Below are positions 20,301 through 29,727 of a stretch of 64,000 nucleotides of DNA, one piece after another. Origin of the DNA: an uncultured delta proteobacterium (GTDB lineage: Bacteria > Myxococcota_A > Polyangia > Polyangiales > Polyangiaceae); assembly GCA_963806225.1 (NCBI GenBank), contig CAWDXG010000001.1:352001-416000 (forward strand). The letters are read 5' to 3'. The first letter of the stretch is position 1, and each line of letters begins with the position of its first letter. The notes under the pieces were generated by a model. The model was not told the origin of the DNA, made no database searches, and saw only the letters and a list, made by a program, of their open reading frames with translations. The position numbers and the translations under genes are program-made.

Positions 20301-20864
20301 CTACCGGGTCACCCAACTGACCTTGAAGCGCCAGCGGATGGGAGTGACTTTCTCGTAGCTGGTGGGGAACGGCGTGCGGCCGAGCATGGCGATGATGGTG
20401 TCGCTCCAGCCGGCGATGAGATCGGGAATGCCGACGGGCAGGTCGGGATCCTCCAGCTCCCCGATCAGGTGGTCGTCGGCTTCTTCCACGACGACAAAGC
20501 GCCCCACGTTGCTCTGGCGGGACCACACGCTGGTGGCGCGGTTGAAAACCAACGCGGGTGTCGCGAACTTGAGGAACAGCCGGTAGATCATGTGCAGCTG
20601 GAAGCGCGCTGCCATGGCGCCGAGCTCGCGCACCTCGTTCACATCGCCGTGCACCGCCGCCTGGAAGGCCTGCATCAGCGCGTGCAGGTGCTTTCGCGTG
20701 TACCAGTTGTTCGCGAAGATCGATCCTGCGAAGAACTCGCGGGAGTCGTCGGGTAGATGCTCCTCCACGCGGCTCCACAAGGCGCTGCGTTCCCGCTTCA
20801 GCGGCGTCACGTAGGAAAGGTACGTGTAGCCCTTGACCTGTGCGTCGTCCGCTTCCACCCTCAT
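20301..20864 (-). CDS. Hypothetical protein (myxobacterial DUF2378/V4R-like)
   Basis: QVKG start, WY motif and AGW near the C-terminus; ATGA overlap with the upstream gene. Confidence 0.65.
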   Translation of the reverse strand: MRVEADDAQVKGYTYLSYVTPLKRERSALWSRVEEHLPDDSREFFAGSIFANNWYTRKHLHALMQAFQAAVHGDVNEVRELGAMAARFQLHMIYRLFLKFATPALVFNRATSVWSRQSNVGRFVVVEEADDHLIGELEDPDLPVGIPDLIAGWSDTIIAMLGRTPFPTSYEKVTPIRWRFKVSWVTR

Positions 20865-21742
20865 TCCGCCGGGACCGGACCCTGGTCGGTCCAGCGGTAG
20901 AAGCCGAGGCCGACCTTCTTGCCGAGGCGGCCTGCACGCACCATCTGCCTGAGAATCGTCGGCGGTCGGAACTGCTCGCCGATTTCGCGTTGCAGGTGTT
21001 CGAGGATCGCCAGCCGCACGTCGAGCCCTACCAGGTCGGTCAGCTTGAGCGGCCCCATGGGATGACGGTAGCCGAGCTCCATCGCGCGGTCGATGTCCAC
21101 GGCGCGTGCCACGCCCGACTCCAGCATACGCATCGCCTCGGCGCCGAGGGCGACGCCCAGCCGGCTGCTGGCGAAACCGGGGAAATCATTCACCACGATC
21201 GGCTCCTTGCCGACCTGCTGGGCGAACGCGAGCGCACGCTCGACCGTGGCGTCGGCGGTCCCGAGTCCGCGCACGATCTCCAGGAGCGGCATCACCGGAG
21301 GCGGGTTGAAGAAATGCAGACCCACCGTGCGCTCTGCAACCCCGAGGCGCTGGCCCAGCTCCGTGAGCGACAGGCTGGAGGTGTTCGAGCCGATCAGTGC
21401 GCCGTCCGGGAGCAGCTTCACGACCTCACCGAGCAACGACACCTTCAGCTCCATCGACTCCGGCGCCGCCTCGATGACGAGCTCCGCGTCCCGGCATGCA
21501 TCGGCGAGGGCGGCCGTCGGCTTGATGCGCGCGAAAGTCGAGTCGCGTTCGCTCTGGTCGATGCGGCCCTTCTCGACCAGTCGGTCGAGCTGCTTGCCGA
21601 CGCCCGCCATGGCGGCGTCGAGCTGGCCCTGGGCCACGTCGTACAGGCGCGTGTCGATCTTCCGCGACGCGCACAGCTGCGCGATGCCGCGCCCCATGGT
21701 GCCCGCCCCCAGCACCGCGACCCTTCCCAGCCCGTCTGTCAT
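20861..21742 (-). CDS. 3-hydroxyacyl(butyryl)-CoA dehydrogenase
   Basis: GAGTMGRG, SNTSSLS, GLHFFNP, HPMGPL, DLVGLD. Confidence 0.93.
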   Translation of the reverse strand: MTDGLGRVAVLGAGTMGRGIAQLCASRKIDTRLYDVAQGQLDAAMAGVGKQLDRLVEKGRIDQSERDSTFARIKPTAALADACRDAELVIEAAPESMELKVSLLGEVVKLLPDGALIGSNTSSLSLTELGQRLGVAERTVGLHFFNPPPVMPLLEIVRGLGTADATVERALAFAQQVGKEPIVVNDFPGFASSRLGVALGAEAMRMLESGVARAVDIDRAMELGYRHPMGPLKLTDLVGLDVRLAILEHLQREIGEQFRPPTILRQMVRAGRLGKKVGLGFYRWTDQGPVPAE

Positions 21743-21812
21743 GGGTCGGGAGCTTGGTTTCTGTCGCCGGCGCTGTAAAGGCCCGCCTCCTGGGCGCCTG
21801 ATCGCCGCCGGA

Positions 21813-22526
21813 CTACGGGCGCAGCGCCTGGCCGGCGAGGCTTTCGTCGCAGGTTACGCAGCGCTTGGGCACGTGGGCCTTGTGATAGACCTGACCGCAG
21901 GTGGGGCAGAGCCGCGCGTCGCGCTCGAAGGAAATGGCCTCGCCGCTGGCCGCGCACTCGCGTCCGGCGACCTGGAGGTCCTCGATGGTCAGCACCTCGC
22001 CGTCGCCTTCCCCGGGCTTCGGCAGCGTGTCGACGATGCTGCCCTTCACGTCCATCGCTTCGGGTACCCGGCGCACACCTTCCTTGAGCAGCCACGCGAC
22101 GGCCGTGCGGTGCGCCTTCACCGGGATCGTCAGCGTCAGACCCTCACCGCGCGCCACCAGCTGGCCCTTGTCCACGCTGACCCGCTCGATGTCGCACCAG
22201 GGCAGCCGCACCAGCTCCTTGCCCTTCTCGATCGCTATGCCAGCGTCGCCCACACGTACGGGGAGCGCGCCGCTGTCGCCGAACCAGAGCGCGCCGGCGA
22301 GCACCAGTGCGCCGCTGGTGACGATATAGGGCGCGTAGCTGTGGGGTGGATCGCTGATCCACTGCGCGTAGACGCCCGCGCCGAGCCCCGCAGCACCCAG
22401 TGCCCCGGCGGCGACGGCCGCCCAGGACGTGTGGGTCTGCTGCGGAGTGAATCGGCGTTCCCTGCGCTCGCGCCGGGGGGCCTTTTTCCTGCTCTTCTTC
22501 TTCTTGCGGGTCGTGGGTTCGGCCAT
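21813..22526 (-). CDS. Membrane protein with C-terminal RING-like zinc finger
   Basis: Two TM helices; C-terminal C...CPTCGQVYH...CVTC. Confidence 0.7.
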   Translation of the reverse strand: MAEPTTRKKKKSRKKAPRRERRERRFTPQQTHTSWAAVAAGALGAAGLGAGVYAQWISDPPHSYAPYIVTSGALVLAGALWFGDSGALPVRVGDAGIAIEKGKELVRLPWCDIERVSVDKGQLVARGEGLTLTIPVKAHRTAVAWLLKEGVRRVPEAMDVKGSIVDTLPKPGEGDGEVLTIEDLQVAGRECAASGEAISFERDARLCPTCGQVYHKAHVPKRCVTCDESLAGQALRP

Positions 22527-22713
22527 GGGGATTACCGGAGGCGGAGCCTAGCAAGAGCGGAGCGCGGCACGACACAAACCTTTTTGCGGGCGCCGCGGCC
22601 CGGCCTGGGAGGCCGACAGATGACGCGGAAGAAACACGGAGCGGCCGCTGTTGTTCCCGGGGGCTTTTCGGCGCTCGACGCCGCCGCCCGGTGCTGCGAC
22701 GCTCGCCTCAGCC

Positions 22714-24048
22714 GTGAGCCGCATTGCCCTGTACTCGCTGCCCCTCGTCACCGTGGTCGTGGTGGCGTTCGCCCTGTTCGTGGTCGGGGCGCCGGAGCCC
22801 TATGCCGGAGCGCGGATCTACGGCGGTCCGACGCAGGGAGCGACGCGTCTGTCGTGGCGGCTTTCGCTGGTGCGCTGGGAGGACGGCGCGCAGTCGAAGG
22901 CGCATCGCGCGCGGCTCGCGGTGGAAGCGCGGCTTTCCGACGGGCGTCGGGTGTCCTGGACGGGAAAGCCCGACCCCCAGGGTATGGCCGCGGTGGAGGT
23001 GGCGGTGCCGGGGGCGCCCGTCAGCGGACCGATCGACGTCGTGGTGTCCGCTCCCGGCGACCGCGTGCCCCTCGCAAGCGGTCGCATCGAGCTTCCGGCG
23101 GGCAAGTGGCTATCGAAGCAGCGCGATCATGGCGGTTGGATCAAGGGGCACCAGACCGGTGATCTGCTTGTGCGCGCGGCGCCGGCCCGCGGCGTGTTCG
23201 CCGTGCCGTTCAGCGATCCGCTCTGGATCGAGGTGCGGGGTCCCCGCGGCCCGGTGCCTCACGCGAAGCTCTCGCTCCGTCCGGAGGGCCTCGATGTCCG
23301 TGCAGCGGAGCCGCTCGAAACCCGGGCCGACGGCCGCGCCCAGGTGCGCGTCGCACCGCGCGAGTTCAACGTGGCGCTGCGCATCGCCGCGACAGCTCCT
23401 GATGGGAGCCACGGCGAGTGGTATTCGACGCTGCCGGTGGTCGTGGGCGCGATGCACGCCGCGCTCGCAGGCAAGAGGGTCCTGGTGCGTTCGCCGATCG
23501 AGCGCGCGCGTGCGTACTTCGGGCTGATAACGCCGCGCACGCGTCTCGCCGGTGCGCCGCTGGAGCTCCATCCCGACGGCCGCGGCGGTGCGGTTGCCGA
23601 GGTGGCGCTGCCCCCGCTGCCGCCGGGGCCGCTGTGGGCCGTAGTGTCGAGCGAGCCGGAGCTGTCGTCGGAAGCCACCGTGGGTTGGCCGCTCAGGGTC
23701 CGGCTCGGCGCCGGCGATCCGCCCCACGAACGCGTGGTGCCCGATCGACTTCTGCTCGACGGACTCGTCGACGCTGCGCGCCGTGATCGGGAACGGCGCC
23801 GCCGCGCGCGGCTGCTCGCGGGATTGTTCTCGGCCTTCGCAGCGGCGCTGGTGGGCGTGCTGCTGGTGCTGCGCGTGAAGAAGTCCGAGGCCGACCTGGC
23901 TGCGCATCTGGCGCGTCACAGCGAGAACAGCGAAGAGACGGAGCACATCCCGGAGCGCGGCACGGGCTGGGTACTTCTGGTCGCCGTGTTGTGCCTGGCG
24001 CTGGGTTTCCTCGTGGTCGCGCTGGTGGTGATGTACCGGATCGGCTAG
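22714..24048 (+). CDS. Hypothetical membrane protein
   Basis: N-terminal TM, beta-rich extracytoplasmic region, two C-terminal TMs. Confidence 0.7.
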   Translation: MSRIALYSLPLVTVVVVAFALFVVGAPEPYAGARIYGGPTQGATRLSWRLSLVRWEDGAQSKAHRARLAVEARLSDGRRVSWTGKPDPQGMAAVEVAVPGAPVSGPIDVVVSAPGDRVPLASGRIELPAGKWLSKQRDHGGWIKGHQTGDLLVRAAPARGVFAVPFSDPLWIEVRGPRGPVPHAKLSLRPEGLDVRAAEPLETRADGRAQVRVAPREFNVALRIAATAPDGSHGEWYSTLPVVVGAMHAALAGKRVLVRSPIERARAYFGLITPRTRLAGAPLELHPDGRGGAVAEVALPPLPPGPLWAVVSSEPELSSEATVGWPLRVRLGAGDPPHERVVPDRLLLDGLVDAARRDRERRRRARLLAGLFSAFAAALVGVLLVLRVKKSEADLAAHLARHSENSEETEHIPERGTGWVLLVAVLCLALGFLVVALVVMYRIG

Positions 24049-24093
24049 CGCGCGCGCTTGACAGGCGACCGGCGTTCCGGAGAAGTAGGCGGG

Positions 24094-25134
24094 GTGACAC
24101 GACCTCGATTGCGGCCGCCGCGCGTGCTGTACGCGCTTGCGATGCTCGCGTGGGCATGCGCTGGCAGTCCGGCGAAGAGCGCCGCGGCCGCGCCGCGACA
24201 TCACCATCCGGCGCGCCACCCGGCGCGCCACGCGCCGCGCTGGGCGCCGGTGATCGGCGGCAGCAACGTCGACCGGGTCAAGCTCCGCTGGGAAGCCGCT
24301 GTCGGCGGCTTCGGACGCGCTGTAGCGATCGACCGCGCGCTCGGGCGCGTGGCGGTGGCAACGGGCTCGCCCGTCAAGCTGTTCGATCTCGGTACGGGCA
24401 AGGACGCGGGCAGCGTGGACAGCTGCCGCGACGTCGTGCGCGGCGGAATCGCCTTCGACAAGGGCAAGCTCCTGGTCGTGTGCGAAAAGACGCTGCAGCT
24501 GTTCGACGGGAAGAAGCTCGCACACCTGCACGCGCCGCGCATCAACCCGTCGCCGGTCACGGCGTCGGCGGTTGCCTGGCCGCGCATCGCGCTGGGCCAC
24601 CACGACGGGGTGATCCGTGTCTACGATCTCGACGGCGGCGACACGATCGAGATCCCGGTGCCCGGTCCGCCCATCGATGTGAAGAGCATGGCGATGACGC
24701 CCGACGGCTCGCGCGTGGCTGTGGCCTGGGTGCAGGGCTCGATCTGGTGGTGGGACACCAAGGCCCCCGGCGTACCCCACAAGCTGGTGCGTCACGAGAG
24801 CGAGGCCGATGCCGTTTCGTTCAACGACGGCGGCACACTGCTGGCGGAAGAAGGCGAGCCCCGCTACACGACCGTCTGGACCTTCGCCGGCACACCCGCG
24901 GAAAAGACGAAGATCAAGAACGGGCGCTGGGTGAAGCGCATCTGGTTCACCAAGGACTCGAAGTGGCTGGTGCGCGGCGGCTCGGACGGGCTCGAGATCG
25001 CCGAGATCGCGGGGCCGCAGCGCGTCGCGCTGGACACGAGCGGCAAGGTCGAGGACGTTGCCATGGACGACCGCCGGGCGACGATCGCGGCGGTGGACCG
25101 GGCGGGCCGGCTCACCACCTGGGCAGCTCGCTGA
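24094..25134 (+). CDS. WD40/beta-propeller lipoprotein
   Basis: AWAC lipobox-like site; repeats such as MAMTPDGSRVAVA, IWWWD and DGVIRVYD. Confidence 0.75.
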   Translation: MTRPRLRPPRVLYALAMLAWACAGSPAKSAAAAPRHHHPARHPARHAPRWAPVIGGSNVDRVKLRWEAAVGGFGRAVAIDRALGRVAVATGSPVKLFDLGTGKDAGSVDSCRDVVRGGIAFDKGKLLVVCEKTLQLFDGKKLAHLHAPRINPSPVTASAVAWPRIALGHHDGVIRVYDLDGGDTIEIPVPGPPIDVKSMAMTPDGSRVAVAWVQGSIWWWDTKAPGVPHKLVRHESEADAVSFNDGGTLLAEEGEPRYTTVWTFAGTPAEKTKIKNGRWVKRIWFTKDSKWLVRGGSDGLEIAEIAGPQRVALDTSGKVEDVAMDDRRATIAAVDRAGRLTTWAAR

Positions 25135-25279
25135 GCGGCAGCGCGATCACAGCCCTGCGAACGCGCGAGCGCGGCGGGTCGGCGTGGGCGACGCGCCCGT
25201 ACCACAGTTGTGGTTTCTGGCGCACAGGGCGGCCGCTTCCGCAAGCAGCACAAGCGCATGGAATCGCGCAGTTTCGCCG

Positions 25280-25296
25280 CTGGCACACGAGCTGCA
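25280..25296 (+). promoter_or_regulatory. Putative sigma-54 (-24/-12) promoter
   Basis: CTGGCACACGAGCTGCA gives GG-N10-GC with TGGCAC, about 50 bp upstream of the ATG at 25348. Confidence 0.65.
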
Positions 25297-25347
25297 ATCG
25301 GTCCTCGTCGAAGCGCCGCCCCCGGCGCAGCAGACGGAGATCGACAC

Positions 25348-26160
25348 ATGTCCAGAATGTTCCTTTCGGGTCCTTTCGCGGCGGCTCTGCTGGCCGTGGG
25401 AGCGTCCGCGTGCAGCGCGCAGCTCGGCGAGAGCACCGCTGGCGAGCTCGGTCGCGTCGACTTCAGCTACGGCGCGAGCTGCTTCTTCGGCTGCAGCATG
25501 GACCGGCCGGTGCTGGTCGGCGCTGCCGAGCGAGTGGACGTGACCGGCGACGGCGACGCGCAGGGAGTCACTGCGGTATCGACCGCTCCGACCGTTGCGC
25601 AGTTCAACCTGAAGCGCAGCTGTGCCTGCGAGCAGAGCAGCGGCAACTCGGCGACAGGAATGTCCGTCGACGCGCAGGGCGGGTGCCCCGACGGGTTCAC
25701 GAAGAGCTGCGACAATGCGATCGACATGCGGGCGCTCGCCGCAGGCGACGCCAAGCTCGAGTTGCTCGACCCGCAGGGCAAGCTGCTCGATCGCGTGACG
25801 GTGCACGTGCGCAAGGCCAGCTCGGTCCATTTCGAGAGGTCGAGCGACGGCTTGCAGGACGCGAAGCCCATCGACCAGCTCGTCCTGAAGAGCGGCGAGA
25901 CGGTTACGCTCTCGGCGAAGCTGCTCGACGCCGACGGAAAGCCGCTGATTGCCCGCAACGCCGTTGACTGGGGCAGCCAGGACGTAAGCGTCGCGGGATT
26001 CCCGATCTACCAGATCCTGACCCCGGACATGGTGGACGACTCGGCCCAGGGCCAGAGTGATTGGGTCACCGTCAAGGGCGTCCAGCCTGGCACCACCAGC
26101 ATCAAGCTGGAGGTCAGTGGACTTGCGCAGGCAGTGCCGGTCACCGTGACCGGCAATTGA
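25348..26160 (+). CDS. Cys-containing lipoprotein with Ig-like domains
   Basis: Lipobox ASAC, GGAGA RBS, Ig-like tail VTVKGVQPGTTSIKLEV. Confidence 0.75.
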   Translation: MSRMFLSGPFAAALLAVGASACSAQLGESTAGELGRVDFSYGASCFFGCSMDRPVLVGAAERVDVTGDGDAQGVTAVSTAPTVAQFNLKRSCACEQSSGNSATGMSVDAQGGCPDGFTKSCDNAIDMRALAAGDAKLELLDPQGKLLDRVTVHVRKASSVHFERSSDGLQDAKPIDQLVLKSGETVTLSAKLLDADGKPLIARNAVDWGSQDVSVAGFPIYQILTPDMVDDSAQGQSDWVTVKGVQPGTTSIKLEVSGLAQAVPVTVTGN

Positions 26161-26326
26161 GCCCTGCCTGCCGCGGCGCGTCGTTCCTCCCGGCGCGCCG
26201 CTTTTCCCGCGCCCCGCCCGCATCTCGTTCCGCGGTCGGGGCGTGGCTTTTTTTCTAGCGTCGGGCAGATCTTCCGGTGGGTTCGCGCGTCTCTTCAAGC
26301 GACAACCCCGCTGTGGAGGCGAGAGC

Positions 26327-27232
26327 ATGTGGAAGAAACAGCTGTACCGTTACTCGCTGCTGGTCGCGATGGCGGGGGTCGCCGCGCTCCTCGTCAGCCA
26401 GGACGCGCTCGCCCAGAGCCCGCGCTGGTGGCATTCGCGTCCGGGCTTCTCCGTGACGCTGGTGGGCGCGAACGGTGAGACGCTCCGGACGTTCAGCCAT
26501 CGGGGCCAGACGTTCGTGCTGGGCGAACCGGGTGTCCGCTACGGCATCCGCGTTTCGAACCCGACCTCCCGGCGCGTCGAGGCGGTGATCAGCGTGGATG
26601 GCCGCGACGCGCTCACCGGGCGCGTCGCGGACTTCGTGCACCACCGCGGCTACGTGCTCCAGCCGTTCGGGTCGGTGACCGTTACGGGCTTCCGCCAGAG
26701 CCTGGATCAGGTCGCGTCGTTCCGCTTCACCGATCCGGGTGACAGCTATTCCTCGCGCATGGGCACCCCCCAGAACGTCGGGGTGATCGGTGTCGCGTTC
26801 TTCCCGGAGAAGCAGCGCGCGCCCGTCGCCATCGCCCAGCCGCGGAAGAGGTGGACGCGCCGGCACGCCCGCGCTTCGGCGGCGCCGCCCAGCAAGACCA
26901 AGCGCGCGGCGCCGGCGGAGGACCGCTCGGCAAGGCCGCCCCGCTCCGCCGCCGAAGGCAGCAGCGGATTCGAGCCGACGCCCCGCCGCCGGGTCAACAA
27001 CCTCGGCACCCGTTATGGCGAGTCGCGTTTCAGCCCCGTGCGCCAGGTGTCGTTCATGCGCGCGAGCCCGCGCTCGCCATCGCGCATCGTCCTGCTCCGC
27101 TACGACGACGAGGACGGCCTCGAGGCGCGCGGCATCCAGGTCCACCCGCCGCGCCACTGGCGTTTGCGGCCGCGCCCGGTGGAGCCGCAGGCGTTCCCGC
27201 GCAACGCGCGCTTTGCCCCGCCCCCGCCCTGA
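26327..27232 (+). CDS. Hypothetical secreted protein
   Basis: Signal peptide; conserved-looking YGIRVSN, VISVDGRD, FRF and NVGVIGVAFF; GGAGG RBS. Confidence 0.75.
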   Translation: MWKKQLYRYSLLVAMAGVAALLVSQDALAQSPRWWHSRPGFSVTLVGANGETLRTFSHRGQTFVLGEPGVRYGIRVSNPTSRRVEAVISVDGRDALTGRVADFVHHRGYVLQPFGSVTVTGFRQSLDQVASFRFTDPGDSYSSRMGTPQNVGVIGVAFFPEKQRAPVAIAQPRKRWTRRHARASAAPPSKTKRAAPAEDRSARPPRSAAEGSSGFEPTPRRRVNNLGTRYGESRFSPVRQVSFMRASPRSPSRIVLLRYDDEDGLEARGIQVHPPRHWRLRPRPVEPQAFPRNARFAPPPP

Positions 27233-27233
27233 G

Positions 27234-28229
27234 TCAGGGGCAGGCCAGCCGCCAGGCGCCGAGATCCCAGGTCTTGATCAGTGTCGAGAATCCCTGGATC
27301 GACATGTCGCCGCAGACGCTGGCCTGCTTGGCCGGGCCCTGGGAAGGCTGGTCGACGTACTCCACGTGGAACACGGCCTTGCCGGCGTCGAGGAACGGCT
27401 TGAGCTGACCGCATTCCGAGTAGGTTATGCATTCCTCGTTCAGCGCCCAGTCGAACGAGGGCTCGAGCGTCTGGACTAGCTCCACGGCGTTCTTCAGCCC
27501 GACCGACAGCCCGCGCGCGTGGGCCTCGTGCGCGACAAAGGTGTCGTAGTCGAGCTGGTCCTGCTTCGTGAGCGGAAAGCCGGTGTTGTTCGCGTAGCCG
27601 TCGACGTTGTCGGGTTCCACACCGTCGCAGCCGCGGGCCTGGGCCCGATCCAGGCGAGCCTGCATGATCTTCCGCACGTTCGCCGAACGGATGTCGAGCC
27701 AGTTCTCCCCGGGCCAGCCGACCAGGGCGTTGCCATAGTCGCCCGCGGCGAAGTCCCCGGCGTCGCTACGCCAGTCCTCCCGGCTGCCGGCGGAGAAATA
27801 GCAGATGACGATGCGCCCGTCCGCCTTCAGCGTCGTCAGCTTCGCGTCGGGCGTGTCGAATAGATCGACGTCGTACATGGCGACGTTGATCGTCGTGTCG
27901 AGGGTGCCGCTGAGCTGCCACTGCCACCCGGTACCCGGCGCGGGGTGCCAGACCGTGCCCGCCTCGGCTGGCGTGCCGCCGCTGCCGCTGCTGCCCCCTG
28001 AACCCGCGCTACCCCCGGTCGTAGTGCCGCCGGTTCCGCTGCCGCCGCTGCTCGTGGAGCCGCCGTTCGCCGCCGCGCCCGAGCTGCCCCCGCCGCCGTC
28101 GATCGCGCCGCCACCACCGCCGGCAGCGCTCCCGCCGGACGGGGCGTCGCCGGAGCAACCCGCCAGGCCCGCCAGTGCAACGCCGAGCACCATCGGCGCT
28201 CCCCAGCGAGCAGAACGTTGGAAAAGCAT
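27234..28229 (-). CDS. Endo-alpha-1,4-polygalactosaminidase (GH114) lipoprotein
   Basis: WQWQL, YDVDLFD, ICYFSAGS, CDGVEPDNVDGY, GLKN, NEEC. Confidence 0.9.
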   Translation of the reverse strand: MLFQRSARWGAPMVLGVALAGLAGCSGDAPSGGSAAGGGGGAIDGGGGSSGAAANGGSTSSGGSGTGGTTTGGSAGSGGSSGSGGTPAEAGTVWHPAPGTGWQWQLSGTLDTTINVAMYDVDLFDTPDAKLTTLKADGRIVICYFSAGSREDWRSDAGDFAAGDYGNALVGWPGENWLDIRSANVRKIMQARLDRAQARGCDGVEPDNVDGYANNTGFPLTKQDQLDYDTFVAHEAHARGLSVGLKNAVELVQTLEPSFDWALNEECITYSECGQLKPFLDAGKAVFHVEYVDQPSQGPAKQASVCGDMSIQGFSTLIKTWDLGAWRLACP

Positions 28230-28406
28230 GCCCCGAGTGTAACGGGTTGGGGGTGGCTCGCGCTTCCCCGTGGTCAAAAGCGCATGATTCCGGGTAGTTG
28301 TGGATGTGCGTAAGTTGGTGTCCGGGCGGCCGCCCACCTCGGCATATCCCCTCATGCATCATATGGCAGACCGGGTGTATATGTAGCCACTGGTGATCCC
28401 GGAAAC

Positions 28407-29684
28407 ATGACGAACCCATCGAAAGCTCCCGGGGAGGACGAAGCCGCAAGTCCGGCGGCGCCGGGCGACGCGGCGCGCGGAAAGAGTGGGGAGCACCGGC
28501 TCGCTTCGGGGCTGGTGCAGGCCGATCGTCTAGCTGGGGTCGGCGTGCTGGCGGCGGGGCTGGCGCACGAGATCAACAATCCGCTGGCGTATGCGCTGTT
28601 CAATCTGGAAAGCATCGCGGAAGACGTCGCCGGGGTCGAGTCGCTGTGCACGGCCGGGGCGGAGCTCGAGTCGATCCGTGAGCGCCTCGAGAACCTGGCT
28701 GATTTCCGCGAGCGCCTCGAGGCGGCTGTGGACGGGATGCGCCGCGTGCGCGAACTGGTGCAGGACCTGGAGACGTTCTCGAGTGTTCACAGCGAGCGGC
28801 TGGTGCCGCTCGAGCTTCGCCAGGTGATCGACTCCGTGCTCAGGCTGGGCAATGCGGAATGCCGTCACAGGGCCCGCGTCGTGACCCACTTCCAGGAGAC
28901 GCCCCTGGTGCTCGGCAACCCGTCGCGTCTGGCGCAGGTGTTCCTCAACCTCGTCGTCAACGCCGCCCAGGCGATTCCCGAGGGCAGAAAGGCCGAAAAC
29001 GAGATTCGCGTCGTGCTCTCGACCGATGGCGAGGACGTCGTGGTCGAGGTGCGGGATACCGGGGTCGGCATCCCGCCCGAGCAGTTGGGGCGCTTGTTCG
29101 AGCCCTTCTTCACCACCAAGCCGATCGGGATCGGTTCCGGCCTCGGCCTCAGCGTCTGCCACAACGTGGTCAGTGCGCACGGCGGCAGCATCGAGGTCGA
29201 AAGCACGCCAGGGCAGGGGAGCTCTTTCAGGGTGCGCTTGCCCGCGTCAACCCGGCAGGGTGCACAGCTGGTCGAGGAGCCTCCAGTCTCTGCGGCGCCG
29301 CAGCGCCGCCTGCGCGTGCTCGTCGTGGACGACGAGCCGCAAGTGGGCAAGGCAGTGCGCCGCATGCTGTCGGACAGCCACCAGGTTACGTTGTCGCGCT
29401 CGGGTGACGAGGCGCGGCGCATTCTGGACGAGCAGGTCTTCGACGTCGTCGTGTGCGATCTGATGATGCCGAACGTCTCCGGCATGGATCTGTACGATCG
29501 ACTGCAGCGAACCAGACCCGAGATGGCGCAGCGTGTCGTTTTCATGACGGGTGGCGCGTTCACGGAGCGGGCGCGCCGCTTTGTCGAACGCGTCGACAAC
29601 GTCTGTCTCGGCAAGCCGTTCAACGTGCTCGAGCTGCGCCGCGCCGTCGAACGGCTGGGCAGCCTTGACGAACCAGCGAACTGA
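28407..29684 (+). CDS. Hybrid histidine kinase / receiver protein lacking a sensor domain
   Basis: H-box AHEINNPL, N-box, DTGVG, FFTTK, GLGL; receiver VVDDE...DLMMP...KP. Confidence 0.92.
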   Translation: MTNPSKAPGEDEAASPAAPGDAARGKSGEHRLASGLVQADRLAGVGVLAAGLAHEINNPLAYALFNLESIAEDVAGVESLCTAGAELESIRERLENLADFRERLEAAVDGMRRVRELVQDLETFSSVHSERLVPLELRQVIDSVLRLGNAECRHRARVVTHFQETPLVLGNPSRLAQVFLNLVVNAAQAIPEGRKAENEIRVVLSTDGEDVVVEVRDTGVGIPPEQLGRLFEPFFTTKPIGIGSGLGLSVCHNVVSAHGGSIEVESTPGQGSSFRVRLPASTRQGAQLVEEPPVSAAPQRRLRVLVVDDEPQVGKAVRRMLSDSHQVTLSRSGDEARRILDEQVFDVVVCDLMMPNVSGMDLYDRLQRTRPEMAQRVVFMTGGAFTERARRFVERVDNVCLGKPFNVLELRRAVERLGSLDEPAN

Positions 29685-29727
29685 CCAGGCTTCCCGCGGA
29701 CGTCCGGGGTCGAACCGGTGGCGGCAG

